DNA from: Octopus vulgaris
Lineage: Eukaryota
DNA: 64,000 bases
Reading direction: 5' to 3'
Assembly: GCA_951406725.2 (NCBI GenBank)
Contig: OX597815.1
Coordinates: 160,704,001-160,768,000 of the forward strand
The notes under the pieces are model-generated. The model was not told where the DNA came from, ran no database searches, and saw only the letters and a list, made by a program, of their open reading frames with translations. This document shows positions 1 through 12,848 of the stretch, piece by piece (position 1 is the stretch's first letter; each line of letters begins with the position of its first letter). A program made the translations under genes and the position numbers.

Positions 1-215
1 ATCAGAAATACAGTATTGAAAGGGGTAAACTGATCTAATTTTAAACTTTCCATCAAAGTTTCTTGCTAATTTAAGTTCCACACACCAGCTTGTTTATGAT
101 AAATTTTTCTTACAAATATTGCTGTATTCAGGAATGGTCACTTTGTCAGTTTAGCCAATAAAAACATACGCACTATATATTTGGTGTTACTTTGCTTCAG
201 CATTATTCATTTTTT

Positions 216-271
216 ACATTAATCTTAATCTTATTTCAGCCAGAGTTTATTACTGTGACCTCATCAGTAGT
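216..271 (-). ncRNA. Degenerate hammerhead-ribozyme-like motif in a Penelope-like remnant
   Basis: Minus strand reads CUGAUGA-GGUCA...UGGCU-GAAA; stems III and I are disturbed by a TTAATC duplication. Confidence 0.4.
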
Positions 272-1221
272 CCTTTGCTTTCTTCTTTCTTATTTGTGTG
301 TCTCTCCTTAGCCATTTAGTATTTTGTATTCCTATTTGCAAAACAAATATATAAACGTAATTTTCTTACAAAGTTTTCATTATTTTCACAGTTGATTGAA
401 CAGAAATACGGCACCAAATGAATTCATTAATGTTATGCTATCAGAAGCATAAATATGCAAATTAGGCTAACCACATTGGTGGTATTTGAATTAATGACTG
501 ACATATATTTCAGCTGGTATATGTTATTGATTTGGGAAGGAAGCAAAGTATGTCTTCTCCGAGTAGTTGACCATCCATGAAACAATCCAACAAGTGACCC
601 CCTACTTATTACTTTCTGCACACAGAAATGGCATAGAAGTATTGTATTAACACTCTTATTTAATTGACTGTAAGGCTTTGTAATGTTTAAAATATATTTC
701 AGTTCTTCTGATTTGCACTTTGTTGTATTGTTGTGCATATATGTAAATCCATATACAGATAAACATATAGATTTAGATATGTAAAGGTAAGATCTCCACA
801 TTTCAATTGAATTCCCAACGAGTTAACATGGGATCCCATAATGACAATGTAAATTTCATATAATCAAGATATTCTTGATCTAAAGAGTAGCTTGCGGTCT
901 TCCACTCGTTAGGATAATTTACTATTTATGAGGCTCCACTAGCTATGAAGCATATGTAGCCTGGATTTTATCTACTCCATTCCTTAATGTTTGGATACAT
1001 GTGTGTGTGTGTGGACTCACACCATATTTGATATAATATAAGATGCACTTTTCCCCCACCAAAAAATGATCAAAACTCACCCTGGGTCCTCTTTGCAAAG
1101 CTACCTCTCCACATAAGTTTCAGGGGACTTTTGTTTATTAATGCATTCTGCTGAAATTAAGGTGCATCTAGTATGCATGTGTGACTTTTATGCCACCAGA
1201 TACTGCACAAATGCTATGCAT

Positions 1222-2050
1222 ATCATCATCATCATTTTACATTCGCTTTCCATGCTGGCATGGGTTGGAAGGTTTGACTGAGGGCTAGTAAGCCAGAGGC
1301 TGCACCAGGCTCAATCTGATCTGGTAAAGTTTTTACAGCTGGATGCCCCTCCTAATGCCAACCACTCTGAGAGTGTAGTGGGTGCTTTTATGTACCACCG
1401 GCACGAGGGCCAGTCAGGCAGTTCTAGCAACGACCACGCTCAAAAGGTGTTTTTATGTGCTACCTGCACGGGAGCCAGTCTGGCAGCACTGGCAATGACC
1501 ATGCTCGAATGTTTTTTTTTCCTGTGCCACCAGCACATGTACCGGTAAGGCAACACTGGCAATGATCACATTTGAATGGTGCTTTTCACGTGTCACCGGC
1601 ATGGGAGCCAATCCATGGCCCCCTGGCAACAATCACGCTTGGATGTGTTTTTAACTTTCCACTGGCATGAGTGCCAATCAAGCAGTACTGTCATTGGCCA
1701 CATCAGTGATTTTGATTTGTTTACACTTGCCTCAATAGGTCTTCGCAAGCAAAATTCATTGTCCAATGAATGAGGGGTACTCATATGTGAGCCGGTTACA
1801 CCCAATGTTCGGATGTGTTTTTAACTTTCCACTGACACGAGTGCCAATCAGGCAGTACTGTCATCGGCCACGTCAGCAATTTTGATTTTGATTTCACTTA
1901 CCACAATGTCTTCACAAGTTTATTGCCCAATGAATGAGGGGTATCCATAAGCAGGCTGGTTACACCCACTGACATAGGCCATGAACTATGGTCTCACTTG
2001 GGTTGTCGGGTCTTCTCAAGCACAGCATATCTCCAAAGGTCCCAGTCACT
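1222..2050 (-). mobile_element. RTE-clade LINE 3' fragment (ORF2 end plus long 3' UTR with diverged ~63-bp tandem units)
   Basis: Minus strand begins SDWDLWRYAVLEKTRQPK* (RTE-like DR..WR C-terminus) and ends GCATGGAAAGCG..(GAT)n. The same tail occurs at ~3850, ~36200 (+), ~47910 and ~50713. Confidence 0.65.
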
Positions 2051-2061
2051 AAGTTATATAC

Positions 2062-2123
2062 CTGAATGCAAGTAATAAGGTGAATTCTAATGCAAATCTT
2101 CCCTTTTTGTTTACAAGAGATGC
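2062..2123 (-). CDS. Candidate internal exon, product unknown
   Basis: cccttttccag| acceptor and CAG|gtatat donor; two open frames (ASLVNKKGRFALEFTLLLAFR and ISCKQKGKICIRIHLITCIQ); no recognised homology. Confidence 0.25.
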
Positions 2124-2564
2124 CTGGAAAAAGGGTACACACATGCTGCATCTATCTTACTTCAATTATACACCTTTGATTCATAACATTGCACACTCTG
2201 GTTGAAGTACTGTGATTCCCCATTGTCTATGTGTCAATCTATTTATATCTTACACACACTCAGAGAGCCCACATACACGCAAACATAAGTCACGAAAATG
2301 TTGTACTAGAAAAAGTTTACCTTGCATCTGACAACAGATATATTAGAAAATGAATGTTGTTTAGTTCATAATAAATTATTTATAATGCACTGCATAGCTT
2401 CTATTTAGTAATACATTTATAGATTATTTGTGAATTTCAATAAAGCACTCATGAAACATTATTGATGAAAACTGAACTGATTGGTTGATCGAACTTACTA
2501 TGTATAGTGATTGTATGTATGTATGTATGTATGTATGTGTGTGTGTGTGTGTGTATGTATGTTA

Positions 2565-3105
2565 TGTCAGGTCACTTTCGAGTGCTACTGGTAACATGTA
2601 ACCCAGTACAACCTGTTGCATGGTTGGGTCGTCAGCGACTAAACCGGCAACCCCACCAAGCTTGCTTGGTGGGAAGGGTGTTTATTGGACACCCTGCGGG
2701 ATGAAAAGCAAAACCCGTCAAAGGGCGGAGAAACTCTTGAGAGTCAACAGCCATCAAATAAATGTCTTAAGGCTGTATCATGGGTGGAGACATAGAAATA
2801 ATCAGACTGAATACCCGATCGCGCAATTAAACCATTTGGAGTCAAGGACTCCAAGCCTTTGTTTGGGCATTCTTCTAGAAGGTAACTGGGATAACTCCGA
2901 CATAAAACCTGCAGCTCAGTGGTTACCGATGATGTTGACTTGTTCTTCTTTTCAGATTATGGCTGCTGTTGCTTAGTGAGTGGGATTGACTCAGTGCACA
3001 GCCTTTCCTCACTTTAAAAAAAATCTTCTTGCACAGGCATTGCATGATAACAACATTGATTAAGCTTTATGCAATGGCCATACTCGATAACGAGGGAGAG
3101 CCACT
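2565..3105 (+). mobile_element. Non-autonomous RTE-related retroelement inserted in (TATG)n
   Basis: GC-richer, multi-hairpin body flanked by TATG repeats; its 3' end resembles the 3' end of the RTE fragment at ~51250. Confidence 0.5.
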
Positions 3106-4100
3106 ATGTATGTATGTTTGTATGTATGTATGTGTGTGTGTGTGTGTGTCTGTGTGTGTGTGTGTGTATGACTGTATGTATATGTGTATGTATGTGTGTA
3201 TGCATGTATGTATGTGTGTGTGTATGTATGAAGCTTGCTTCCCAACCAGATAGTTCAAGGTTCAGTTCCATTGCATGGCACCTTGAGCAAGTGTCTTTTA
3301 CTATAGCCACAGGCCAGCCAAAGAATTATGAGTGGATTTGGTAGACAGAAACTGAAAGAAACACATTGTATACTTTATATATATATGTGTGTGTGTGTGT
3401 GTATGTGTGTGAGTGTGCATGCGTGCGTGTGTGTGTGTGTATGTGTCTTTATCTGTGTTTGTTCCCTCACCACCTCTTGACAACTGGTGCTGGTGTGTTT
3501 ACATCCCTGTAACTGAGCTGTTTGGCAAAAGAGACCAACAGAGTAAGTACCAGGCTTAAAAATAAAAGAGTACCAGTGTTGATACATTCAAGTAAAATTT
3601 CAAGATGGTACTCCAGCACGACCACAGTCAAATGACTGAAACAAGTAAAAGATAAAAGATGTGTATGATCAAACAGACTCTAGTGAAATAGGGAAAAATA
3701 TCCATTTAACATGCTACAAGGAATTGAAGATCCAGTGATTTAGACACACTTCTTCAGGTAAAAAGTTAAAAGGAGAAAAATTAATGAGAGACAGCAGAGT
3801 CTTACATCCTCTAAATTAAAACAAAAAATCTGGCTGCAATGAATGTATATCATCATCATTTAACATCCATTGTCCATGCTGGCATGGGTTGGATGGTTTG
3901 ACCAGGGCTTGTAAGGTAAGGGGCTGCACCAGGCTCCAGTCTGATTTGGCATGGTTTCTACAGCTGCATGCCCTTCCTAGTGCCAACCAGTCTGAGAGTG
4001 TAATAGGTGCTTTTACATGCCACCAGTATCTGCCTCGACTACAATTTCCCTTGGCCTGATGGGTCTTTTTTTCAAGCATGACATATTTCCAAATACATAC

Positions 4101-4166
<66 letters not shown>

Positions 4167-4329
4167 GAGCAAAACACCTCCCCCCGTCCAATGGATGGTG
4201 CTGAGTTGTCAAACATTTAAACCAAATTTTATCAAAACAACTTGTCCGACCGTCCTTTAGGCCTCCCCTTTGAGAAACACTGATTTAACCTAAATTTGAG
4301 ACACCAGCAAAAGAAGAAATAAAGATAGA

Positions 4330-4550
4330 CTTTTTTCAATTCGAAGAAAAACGATTTTACAAATGCACGTTCCTACGGCTTTATCGATTACATTCTCACC
4401 TGGAATCAATTTTTGTAAATTTTTCAAGATTTATACGCACCCTGATACCGTTGGTATCTACATATCAAATTTGAGTGCAATCGGATGGAGGATGCCCGAG
4501 ATCCTAGAAGACACACAGACAGACAGAATGGATTTTATATAATATATAAG
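4330..4550 (-). mobile_element. Helitron 5'-part fragment
   Basis: CAAATTTGAGTGCAATCGG...CACACAGACAGACAGA..TTTTATATA, the same architecture as the Helitrons at 21.4-23.9 kb. Confidence 0.45.
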
Positions 4551-4926
4551 TATATATAAAGAAATAGATATGATAGGTTATATACATTTATTTATTAGAG
4601 GCCTGCAACTAATTCATATGTCAAATGTAATGCTTATGTATTCCCATTATTTGGACTTACTAATCCATTATCTTGTAGCTTCAAGATTACAATGACATGA
4701 CTGCATATTTTTAGAATGACATTGTAGAGTAAGTGTGAGAGGCCAGATCTGGTATTCTTGAACATAAAAACAGATAGAATATATGGGCTGGATATAGCCA
4801 ATTTAAATGCTAAAGGGTTAAGATATTGTTTGGTTAGTACTACTGGAGTTAGACATTACAGGGTGAATAATATTGACATCAAGTATTCAGAGATAAATAA
4901 GTAAAAAAAAATCTGATACTCTACTA

Positions 4927-5226
4927 TGGGGATTCTCAACCATTTTTTTTATCTGTGCATCACATTGATTACTGTTTTATTCTGGTGGATCCTTAGAGCA
5001 ATTTGACATTTAAAAACTAGTTTTATAGAAACTTATTTCAAAATTCCTATTTTATTTTTCCCACATTATCTTGAGTAGGTTGAACTATTTGAAATGTTAG
5101 AGAAAGAAACAGGGCTGTTTCTTGCAATACATACGTCTAAAGCAAAGTCTTAAAATACTATTGTGAATCCCCAAAACTCTTATATGGACCCCCAAGGGCC
5201 ATATGGACCCTGCCTATGAACCACTG
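4927..5226. mobile_element. hAT-type MITE
   Basis: Perfect 8-bp TSD CTCTACTA (4919-4926 and 5227-5234); right end GAACCACTG; left TIR diverged. Confidence 0.7.
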
Positions 5227-5343
5227 CTCTACTATTTCACTATGGGCAGTGGCAGACTATTGACAGTCACTACTATATTTTGAAAAAAGAAATTGTTAAG
5301 AAGTGATTATTGATATACAAAAGCAATTGACATCTAGGAGACT

Positions 5344-5724
5344 CTCTTTTACTCTTTTACTTGTTTCGGTCACTTGACTGCGGCCATGCTGGAGCACAAC
5401 CTTTAGTCAAGCAAATCGACCCCAGGACTTATTCTTTGTAAGCCTAGTACTTATTCTATCGGTCTCTTTTGCCGAACCACTAAGTAACGTAAACACACCG
5501 ACATCAGTTGTCAAGTGATGTTGGGGGACAAACACACATATATATATATACACATATATATGACGGGCTTCTTTCAGTTTCCGTCTACCAAATTCACTCA
5601 CAAGGCTTTGGTCAGCCCAAGGCTATAGTAGAAGATACTTGCCCAAGATGCCATGCAGTGTGACTGAACCCAGAACCATGTGGCTGGTAAGCAAGCTACT
5701 TACCACACAGCCACTCCTGCGCCT
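5344..5724 (-). mobile_element. tRNA-derived SINE family A, full length
   Basis: Head AGGCGCAGGAGTGGCTGTGTGGTAAG..GGTTCAGTC (A/B-box-like), internal TA/TG microsatellite, tail (GTAAAAGA)n; roughly 20 full or partial copies in the window. Confidence 0.85.
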
Positions 5725-6431
5725 ACTAATAATTTAAACCAAAAGTAACTATATCTATTTGCTATGAATTTAGATTAATGTTAAACCTTCAGCTTTCATA
5801 TTTATTCTGTCAAAAATGATGCTTTTTATTCACATTATTTTGAATTTATCATTTATCTTGTAGCTTTGAGATTTCAATGGTGTAGCTATTAATTTTTTAG
5901 AATGATATTTTTGGGTCGGTATGAGAAACCATATCGATCTTGTTTGAACATAAAATAGATAGAATATTTTGGCTGGATATGGCCAGCTTAAATCTTAAAG
6001 GGTAAACAATTTACGCTAAAAGTTAAATACTAGTAATCAGGAATCATAAATAGACTATAACTAGTAAAGTAACAATAATAAAACTAAAATATAATCTTAG
6101 ACTACAAGACTAAGATATAATTGGTAAAGCAATAATAATAAGACTAAAATATAATTCCCATAGAGGGTGATAGAGGAAATAACACAAGTACTAAAAGAAG
6201 AGGAAAATAAAAAAGACAAAGAAACATTAAAACAGAAATGAAAAGAGAGAGAGATAGGATAAAAGGAAATTTAATCTAAAATGGATACCTTCTCTCGTCA
6301 TCATAATACATAGAGTAAAGTTAAAAGGAAGAGAAACCTTCATTAATTCAAATTATCAAATTATTTGACAACGTAATTTAAATATGCAGTTAGCTCTAAA
6401 TTATTGGACCAGGAAGGTATTCAGGAGTTAC

Positions 6432-6485
6432 CATATCCAGGTGTTCAAACTGATTATTTATCAAGAGAATGATTAAAAGGTTTTG
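6432..6485 (-). CDS. Candidate 54-nt exon (QNLLIILLINNQFEHLDM)
   Basis: cacttttttttag-type acceptor, ATG|gtaact donor and a single open frame; no homology recognised. Confidence 0.2.
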
Positions 6486-6549
6486 CTAAAAAAAGTGTGT
6501 TCATCTTACAACCAGTTCATGTATTTTATTCAGGATTTTATATGCTGAT

Positions 6550-6830
6550 GGCACATGGCTCAGTGGTTAGAGCATTGGGCTCACAATCATGAGGTAGTGA
6601 GTTCAATTCCTAGCCCAGGCTGTGTGCTGTGTTCTTGAGCATGACACTTTATTTCATGTTGCTCCGTGGCATCACTAGTACCAAGCTGTATCAGCCTTTG
6701 CCTTTCCCTTGGATAAAATCGGCGGTATACATGGGTGACTGCTGATCTTCTATAAGCAACCTTCCTGGACTTGTGCTTTGGAAGGTGACTGTCTAGGTGC
6801 AATCCCATGGTCATTCATGACCAAAGTGGG
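6550..6830 (+). mobile_element. tRNA-derived SINE family D
   Basis: GGCACATGGCTCAGTGGTTAGAGC..GAGTTCAATTCC head; related copies at ~35190-35560 (-) and ~38295-38550 (+). Confidence 0.7.
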
Positions 6831-7603
6831 TATTTATACTCTGATGTAAGAATTAACATTGACTCTGCTAGGCAAAGTTCTCATCTAGTCTTGCCTATGC
6901 TGTAAGATGGTGCACTGCTCTATATTGACCATTTAATATTATATTTTGTTTTGTTCTCTTTTAGTTCCCAAATTAATTTAATGAGGTTGAGCTTTTCTTG
7001 TTCCTTTATCAAAATGAAGAAATGTGGTTATAAAATCGATATTCAAAGTTTGCTGTGCAACAACCTATGTAATAGTAAATTATTTTACCTCTAACAACTG
7101 CATCTATAAACTATATTCTTCCTAAGGCATTGTTTATCTCTCACATGATGTCTAAGCAATGAAACAGTAAAAAAACATGTACACACGCATACACACACAT
7201 ATATATGATGGTCTTTCAGTTTCTGTCTACCAAATCAACTTGAAAGGCTTTGGTCAGCTGTTAGCTACATTTCTCTCTGTGAACAGATCAGTCGGTATTC
7301 TCTCTCTGATGAGAATCAAATGAGAGATGAAAACAGTCAGGTTCATCTTCTTTTTTTTCACAGAGGAAAAAAAAAAGACTTTTGTTTACAGTTATCTCAA
7401 ATTCAAACAATGTTCCTGCTGTGTTGTGAAAAGAGGTTAACCTTGTATGAATATTGTATACTTTTGTACATTAGAAATGAATACACTATATACTTAACAT
7501 GAAAAATATTATTATATAATATAACTTTATGAAACATACATATATAGTTCTAAAATTATACAGCATTAGAGTATATAAAATATCATTATAAGCTAATATA
7601 ATA

Positions 7604-7990
7604 AGCGCATGAGTGGCTGTGTGTTAAGTAGCTTGCTTACCAACCACATGGTTAGGGGTTCAGTCCCACTGTGTGGCACCTTGGGCAAGTGTCTTCTACT
7701 ATAGCCTCAGGCCGACCAAAGCTTTGTGAGTGGATTTGATAGATGGAAACTGAAAGAAGCCCATCGTTTATGTATGTGAATTTGGGTGTCTGTGTTTGTC
7801 CCCCCAACATCACTTGACAACTGATGCTGGTGTGTTTAAGTCCCTGTAATTTAGTGGTTTGGCAAAAGAGACCGATAGAATAAGTACTAGGCTTACAAAG
7901 AATAAGTCTTGGGGTCGATTTGCTCGACTAAAGGCAGTGCTCCAGCATGGCCACAGTCAAATGACTGAAACAAGTAAAAGAGTAAAAGAG
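7604..7990 (+). mobile_element. SINE family A copy (CpG-decayed)
   Basis: Colinear with the 37086-37472 copy. Confidence 0.85.
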
Positions 7991-8894
7991 TCATATTGTA
8001 AATATTAAATTTAAAATACCTTTTTTTGACCACACTTAATCTTGATGTAGTGAGTGAGAGGTAGAGCTTATAACTTTTCATTCTGAGTATTTAAAGCTAT
8101 GCTACTCCCTTGCTCTTTTGCCTTTCATTCATTGAGGGTTAAAATGACTGGAAAGGTTGTGAGTCATCGGTATTGTCAGTAGTCTTTACATCTGCAGTAG
8201 GTTTGGGATAAAATGGCTTGGAAAATGCTTGCTTTGCTCATACTGCTTTTGAATAATGAGTTCATTTAACCCTTTCGTGTTTAAACCAGCCATATCCAGC
8301 CCCAAATATTTTACCTGTTACTTGTTCAAACTGATCAGATCTGGCCTCTCACACCTATGCTACAATGTCATTTTAAAAGTAAACAATCACATCTAATTCA
8401 AAACCATGTGAATAAATAAGCTTTACTTTTAATAGAGTAATCTGAACACTTAAGGTTACATGCCACCTGCACAGGAGCCAGTCCTGTGGCACTGGCAACG
8501 ACCTCACTTGAATGTTTTTTCATGTGCCACTGGCACAAGTGCCAGTAAGGCGAAGCTGGTTACTATCATGCTCAAATGGTGCTTTTTACATATATATACC
8601 ATACACAAACAATCATCAATATAATTTATATGGCTTGAGCTACAAATTCTCTTGTATAACAAAAAATATGCTTGCCTCTGTATTTTGGCTCCTCTAATAT
8701 ATTAAAATCCTTTATCTTGTTTCTTTCTTTTGAGAGACAATATATTAAAAAAATCTATAAAGCCATATACATAAGACATATGTAAGCATGGAAGTCATTA
8801 ATCAGTTATATTTCAAGATTTAATCCAATGGAGAAAGAACTGGTTTCTAACCTAGTTCCAAGATTCCTTCATTGGAATTTCAGCATCTACAGGG

Positions 8895-9283
8895 TATGTA
8901 TGTATGTATGTATGTATGTATGTATGTATGTATGTATGTATGTATGTATGTATGTATGTATGTATGTATGTATGTGTGTATGTATATACGTATGTATGTG
9001 TGTATGTATATACGTATGTATGTGTGTATGTATATACGTATGTATGTGTGTATGTATGTACGTATGTATGTGTGTATGTATGTACGTATGTATGTGTCTA
9101 TGTAATGTACGTATGTATATACGTATGTATGTGTGTATGTAATGTACGTATGTATATACGTATGTATGTGTGTATGTATATACGTATGTATGTGTATGTA
9201 ATGTACGTATGTATATACGTATGTATGTGTGTATGTAATGTACGTATGTATATATGTATGTATGTGTGTATGTAATGTATGTA
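8895..9283. repeat. Compound (TATG)n microsatellite with higher-order TACG variants
   Basis: Direct reading of the sequence. Confidence 0.95.
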
Positions 9284-10085
9284 CGCAGATTTTTGTTTTG
9301 TTTTATGTCTTCTCATGCATATACCTACATACCTAGTCATACTCATATATGCTGGAAAGTTTTACAGACTGTTACAGTTCCAGTGTTTGATTGGATCTGT
9401 AGTCTTCAAATCAGCTCTCTCCTTCCTGGTTTTGCAATGCCTAATTTCTCAGGATTGGTATTTAAGTAGTTATGTATGTATGTATGTATGTATGTATGTA
9501 TGTATGTATGTATGTATGTATGTATGTATGTATATATTTATAGAGACACAGTTGCAAATGTCTGTCATGTCTGTATAGCAGTGCACTTACACATCTTGTG
9601 AATGTGTCGATCAAAATTTAAAGGAAATGTGTGTCTGAGTATGGAGCAGACTTAATCATTTCTGATGACTTTCTTAATTTCGCAACACAGAAGACTACAT
9701 AAGTAAACAGTAAATTGAAAAGAAATTGGAAAGGGCAAGCTACCGTAAGAATCTAAGAAAAAAAAAGAAACTGTTTATTAGAAAATTATATAGGAGAAGT
9801 AAATTGCACAGGATTATCGAAGCGTGAGCTACTGTCCTCACTGGCTCCACCGATCCTTGTGTCATAAATAAGGAGCCTAATTGCTACAATCAGTCCAAGC
9901 AGGTTACAGCCAGTTCTAACTCAGAAAGTAATGTCCAATCATTAAATAGCAATAATGTTGGAATTGCAATGTTGTAAAAGATGTTTACCTCGTAATTCAG
10001 CTATTCATTAGGTGTGTGGATCCTTAGTGCGTATGTAGGTTTGTGAGAGATGTGAATGTGTGTGTACGTGTATGCATATATATGC

Positions 10086-10155
<70 letters not shown>

Positions 10156-10984
10156 TATATAAATCGCAGTATGTGTGTGCATAATGACTAACGCATACAT
10201 TTCCACAATTCTCAACCGATTTTCTGCAAACTTTACACACACATTAGTTATGTTCCGAGGATGGCCATGCACTATAACATTTTGTCTAGAACTCCTGCGT
10301 AAATGGACATAGTTTTTTGTATGTTGGGTCTTCCATACCTTTTTAATCTTTTTATAAAAGTGAAAGGATTTTATCTATTTATTTACTTCGGTTGTCCACC
10401 TGTGCGTTGATCCAATTAGGAAACAGGATTTGGAGGCTGTCATGTTGTTTCTATGTAAATAAATGTATGTTAATTTAAAAGATTTATCAAAAAAATCTTA
10501 TTATTAGCTGTTATTTTTAGCACAACACATTATGCCTCTGGTAATTTTTTTCATGTAAATAAATGTTCGTTAATTTAAAATTTTCCAAATTCGTTGTATG
10601 TACATAGGTCTTTTGTAAGTAGGGTCTTAATCTTAATCTCCATATCTAAGCTGCATTAAACTTTGGCAAGCTTACCTTTACCTATTCTGAGTTACTTGAA
10701 AGGTGATGTTCCATTTCCTCTCTTCTATTTGCTAATACATTTGTTGACCTACCAATGCGTTGTTTCACTTTATGGATGCTTATTTACCCATCCATTATAT
10801 TTCGACTGTTGTCCATTGTTTCAAATATGTTTTAGTATCGAAGTTCTCACCTTTTTTAAACAATCATGTATGATTCGTCCCAAAGAATAAACCTTTAAAT
10901 AAGTTTAATCGATTGCCCCCACCCCCACCCTCTCCAAAACTTTCAGGCCTTGTGTCTAGAGTAGAAAAGAATCTGAGGACTTGT

Positions 10985-11596
10985 ACTGAGAATGATAAAA
11001 ATCAGAGATCCAGTCAGCTCATGCTGTTTGGAGTGATCACTAGTGATGGCGACGTTAATGCCTCCATTCATCTTACCACACAGCCTTAGCCTCAACACGG
11101 AGGCCTACATCAAATGCCTGGAGGAGGTAGTGCTGCACTGGGTCAAGAGGGTGGCTGTTGGAAGACCCCGTGTCTAGCAATAGGACTCCGCACCATGCTA
11201 CACAAGCAGGGGAACCCAGTCATGGCTGTCAGGCAATTTCTGCAACCACATCACTCCTAGAATCTGACCACCTCACTTCCCAGACTGCTACCTCCTTGTT
11301 TATTTATTGTGTTTCGGGCGCAGTTAAACGAGAGACCAACAAAACTCCTTGCAACACCAAAGATGAACTGAAGGCAGGGATTTTAGCAGTGTTCACCAAC
11401 TTAAGGAGGTCATCCAGAAGAGTTGCAAAAGATTCCGAAGTCGTTTGGAGGCTGTGGTTGAAGCCAATGGCGATTTTATTGAATAAATTTCAAGATATTT
11501 TTATGAAATTTTACAAATGTATCTGTTAAAATGAGATGTCAGTGTTATTTGCATTTTTGCGTAATTTAGACGTTAGTTTATTCAAAACACCTTGTA
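10985..11596 (+). mobile_element. Decayed Tc1/mariner (maT/DD37D-like) transposase 3' part with right TIR
   Basis: Frameshifted translation gives LMLFGVITSDGDV/MPPFILPHSLSLNTEAYIKCLEEVVLHWVKRVAVGRP..DSAPCYTS..PPHFPDC..ETNKTPCNTKDELKA; ends CACCTTG-TA. Confidence 0.8.
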
Positions 11597-11751
11597 TAAT
11601 GTACATAGGAGAAATCCCAACCGTTTGTGCTTGAAGCACATCTGATTATTCCATTATCACAATCAATATGCAGTTTCTGCTTGTTCTGTATAGGTGCAAA
11701 ATACACATTAAAGTTGAAAATTCTGGAAAATTTATTAGTATTATTTATTCA

Positions 11752-11845
11752 CCATTACACATGTTTCATTTGCTAATAGGAATTACAGAGTTTTACATGT
11801 TAAATAGACATGCGAGGATTTTGTTATTAGAAACTCTTCAGACAG
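11752..11845 (-). ncRNA. Minimal type-I hammerhead ribozyme (Penelope-type)
   Basis: CUGU-CUGAAGA-GUUUCUAAUA..loop..UAUUAGCAAAU-GAAA-C-AUGU-G-UA-AUGG, followed by AAUAAA. Confidence 0.7.
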
Positions 11846-12155
11846 AGTAATTAAATATTATCTATCTAAACAATATTAGGTTTTTCGAAAAAAGTGCAAA
11901 AGAAACTGGCGTGCATTCTCCAAATCCAATCTATTATCGGCACAAAGAAGATTTGTAAGACATTCCAAAGAATCTCCATTTGAGATATATTCGATGAATA
12001 GATGTACACACCGAAGTGTTTGCATCAATAGCTCAACCAACGCACCAACCCAACCACATATTTACAAACACTTAATTGAAAAACTTAATTTCGCGAGCTT
12101 GCTGTTCCGTTGATCGAATCAACTGAGACACGTCATCGTCGCCGACGGTGCCCAA

Positions 12156-12209
<54 letters not shown>

Positions 12210-12624
12210 GGATACGTACATATGGGCATGTCCGTACACAGCTCTAGATACATCTATATCTATACACACACACACACACACACACACACAAAACTACGAT
12301 TAACACTACGTTAGTGGAAGTATTTCTTTATTTTATGAATTTCATGCCATTGGTTTCACATGGTTGATATATGACCGCTGACATATAGCAATATCTATAG
12401 ATATAGATATATCTTTATAGCAATATCTATATCTATAGTTTGAAACTATTGCGATCAACTTCAAAACTGAAATATTCATTTATATATGTATGCACGCACG
12501 CACACATAGGTGTGTATAACATCCTGACCGATTAATAAAATAGTTCGCTTTGTATAAACATGTGATCTTGGGTTCGATTCCTCTGCTTTTCATCTTGCAT
12601 CCTGAGCAAATCTCTTCTACTATA

Positions 12625-12848
12625 TATTTCTTTACTGCCCACAAGGGGCTAAACACAGAGGGGACAAACAAGGACAGACAAACGGATTAAGTCGATTATA
12701 TCGACCCCAGTGCGTAACTGGTACTTAATTTATCGACCCTGAAAAGCAAAGTCGACCTCGGCCTAATTTGAACTCAGAACGTAACGGCAGACGAAATACG
12801 GCTACGCATTTCGCCCAGCGTGCTAGCGTTTCTGCCAGCTCGCCGGCT
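12625..12848 (-). mobile_element. SINE family B (GGCGAGCTGGCAGAA head)
   Basis: Core GAGTTCAAATT..CCGAGGTCGACTTTGC and tail GCCCCTTGTGGG..AAAGAAATA; many copies in the window. Confidence 0.85.

Noticed and set aside
7300-7345. CTGATGA...GAAA hammerhead candidate
   Set aside because: Stems I and II do not pair convincingly.
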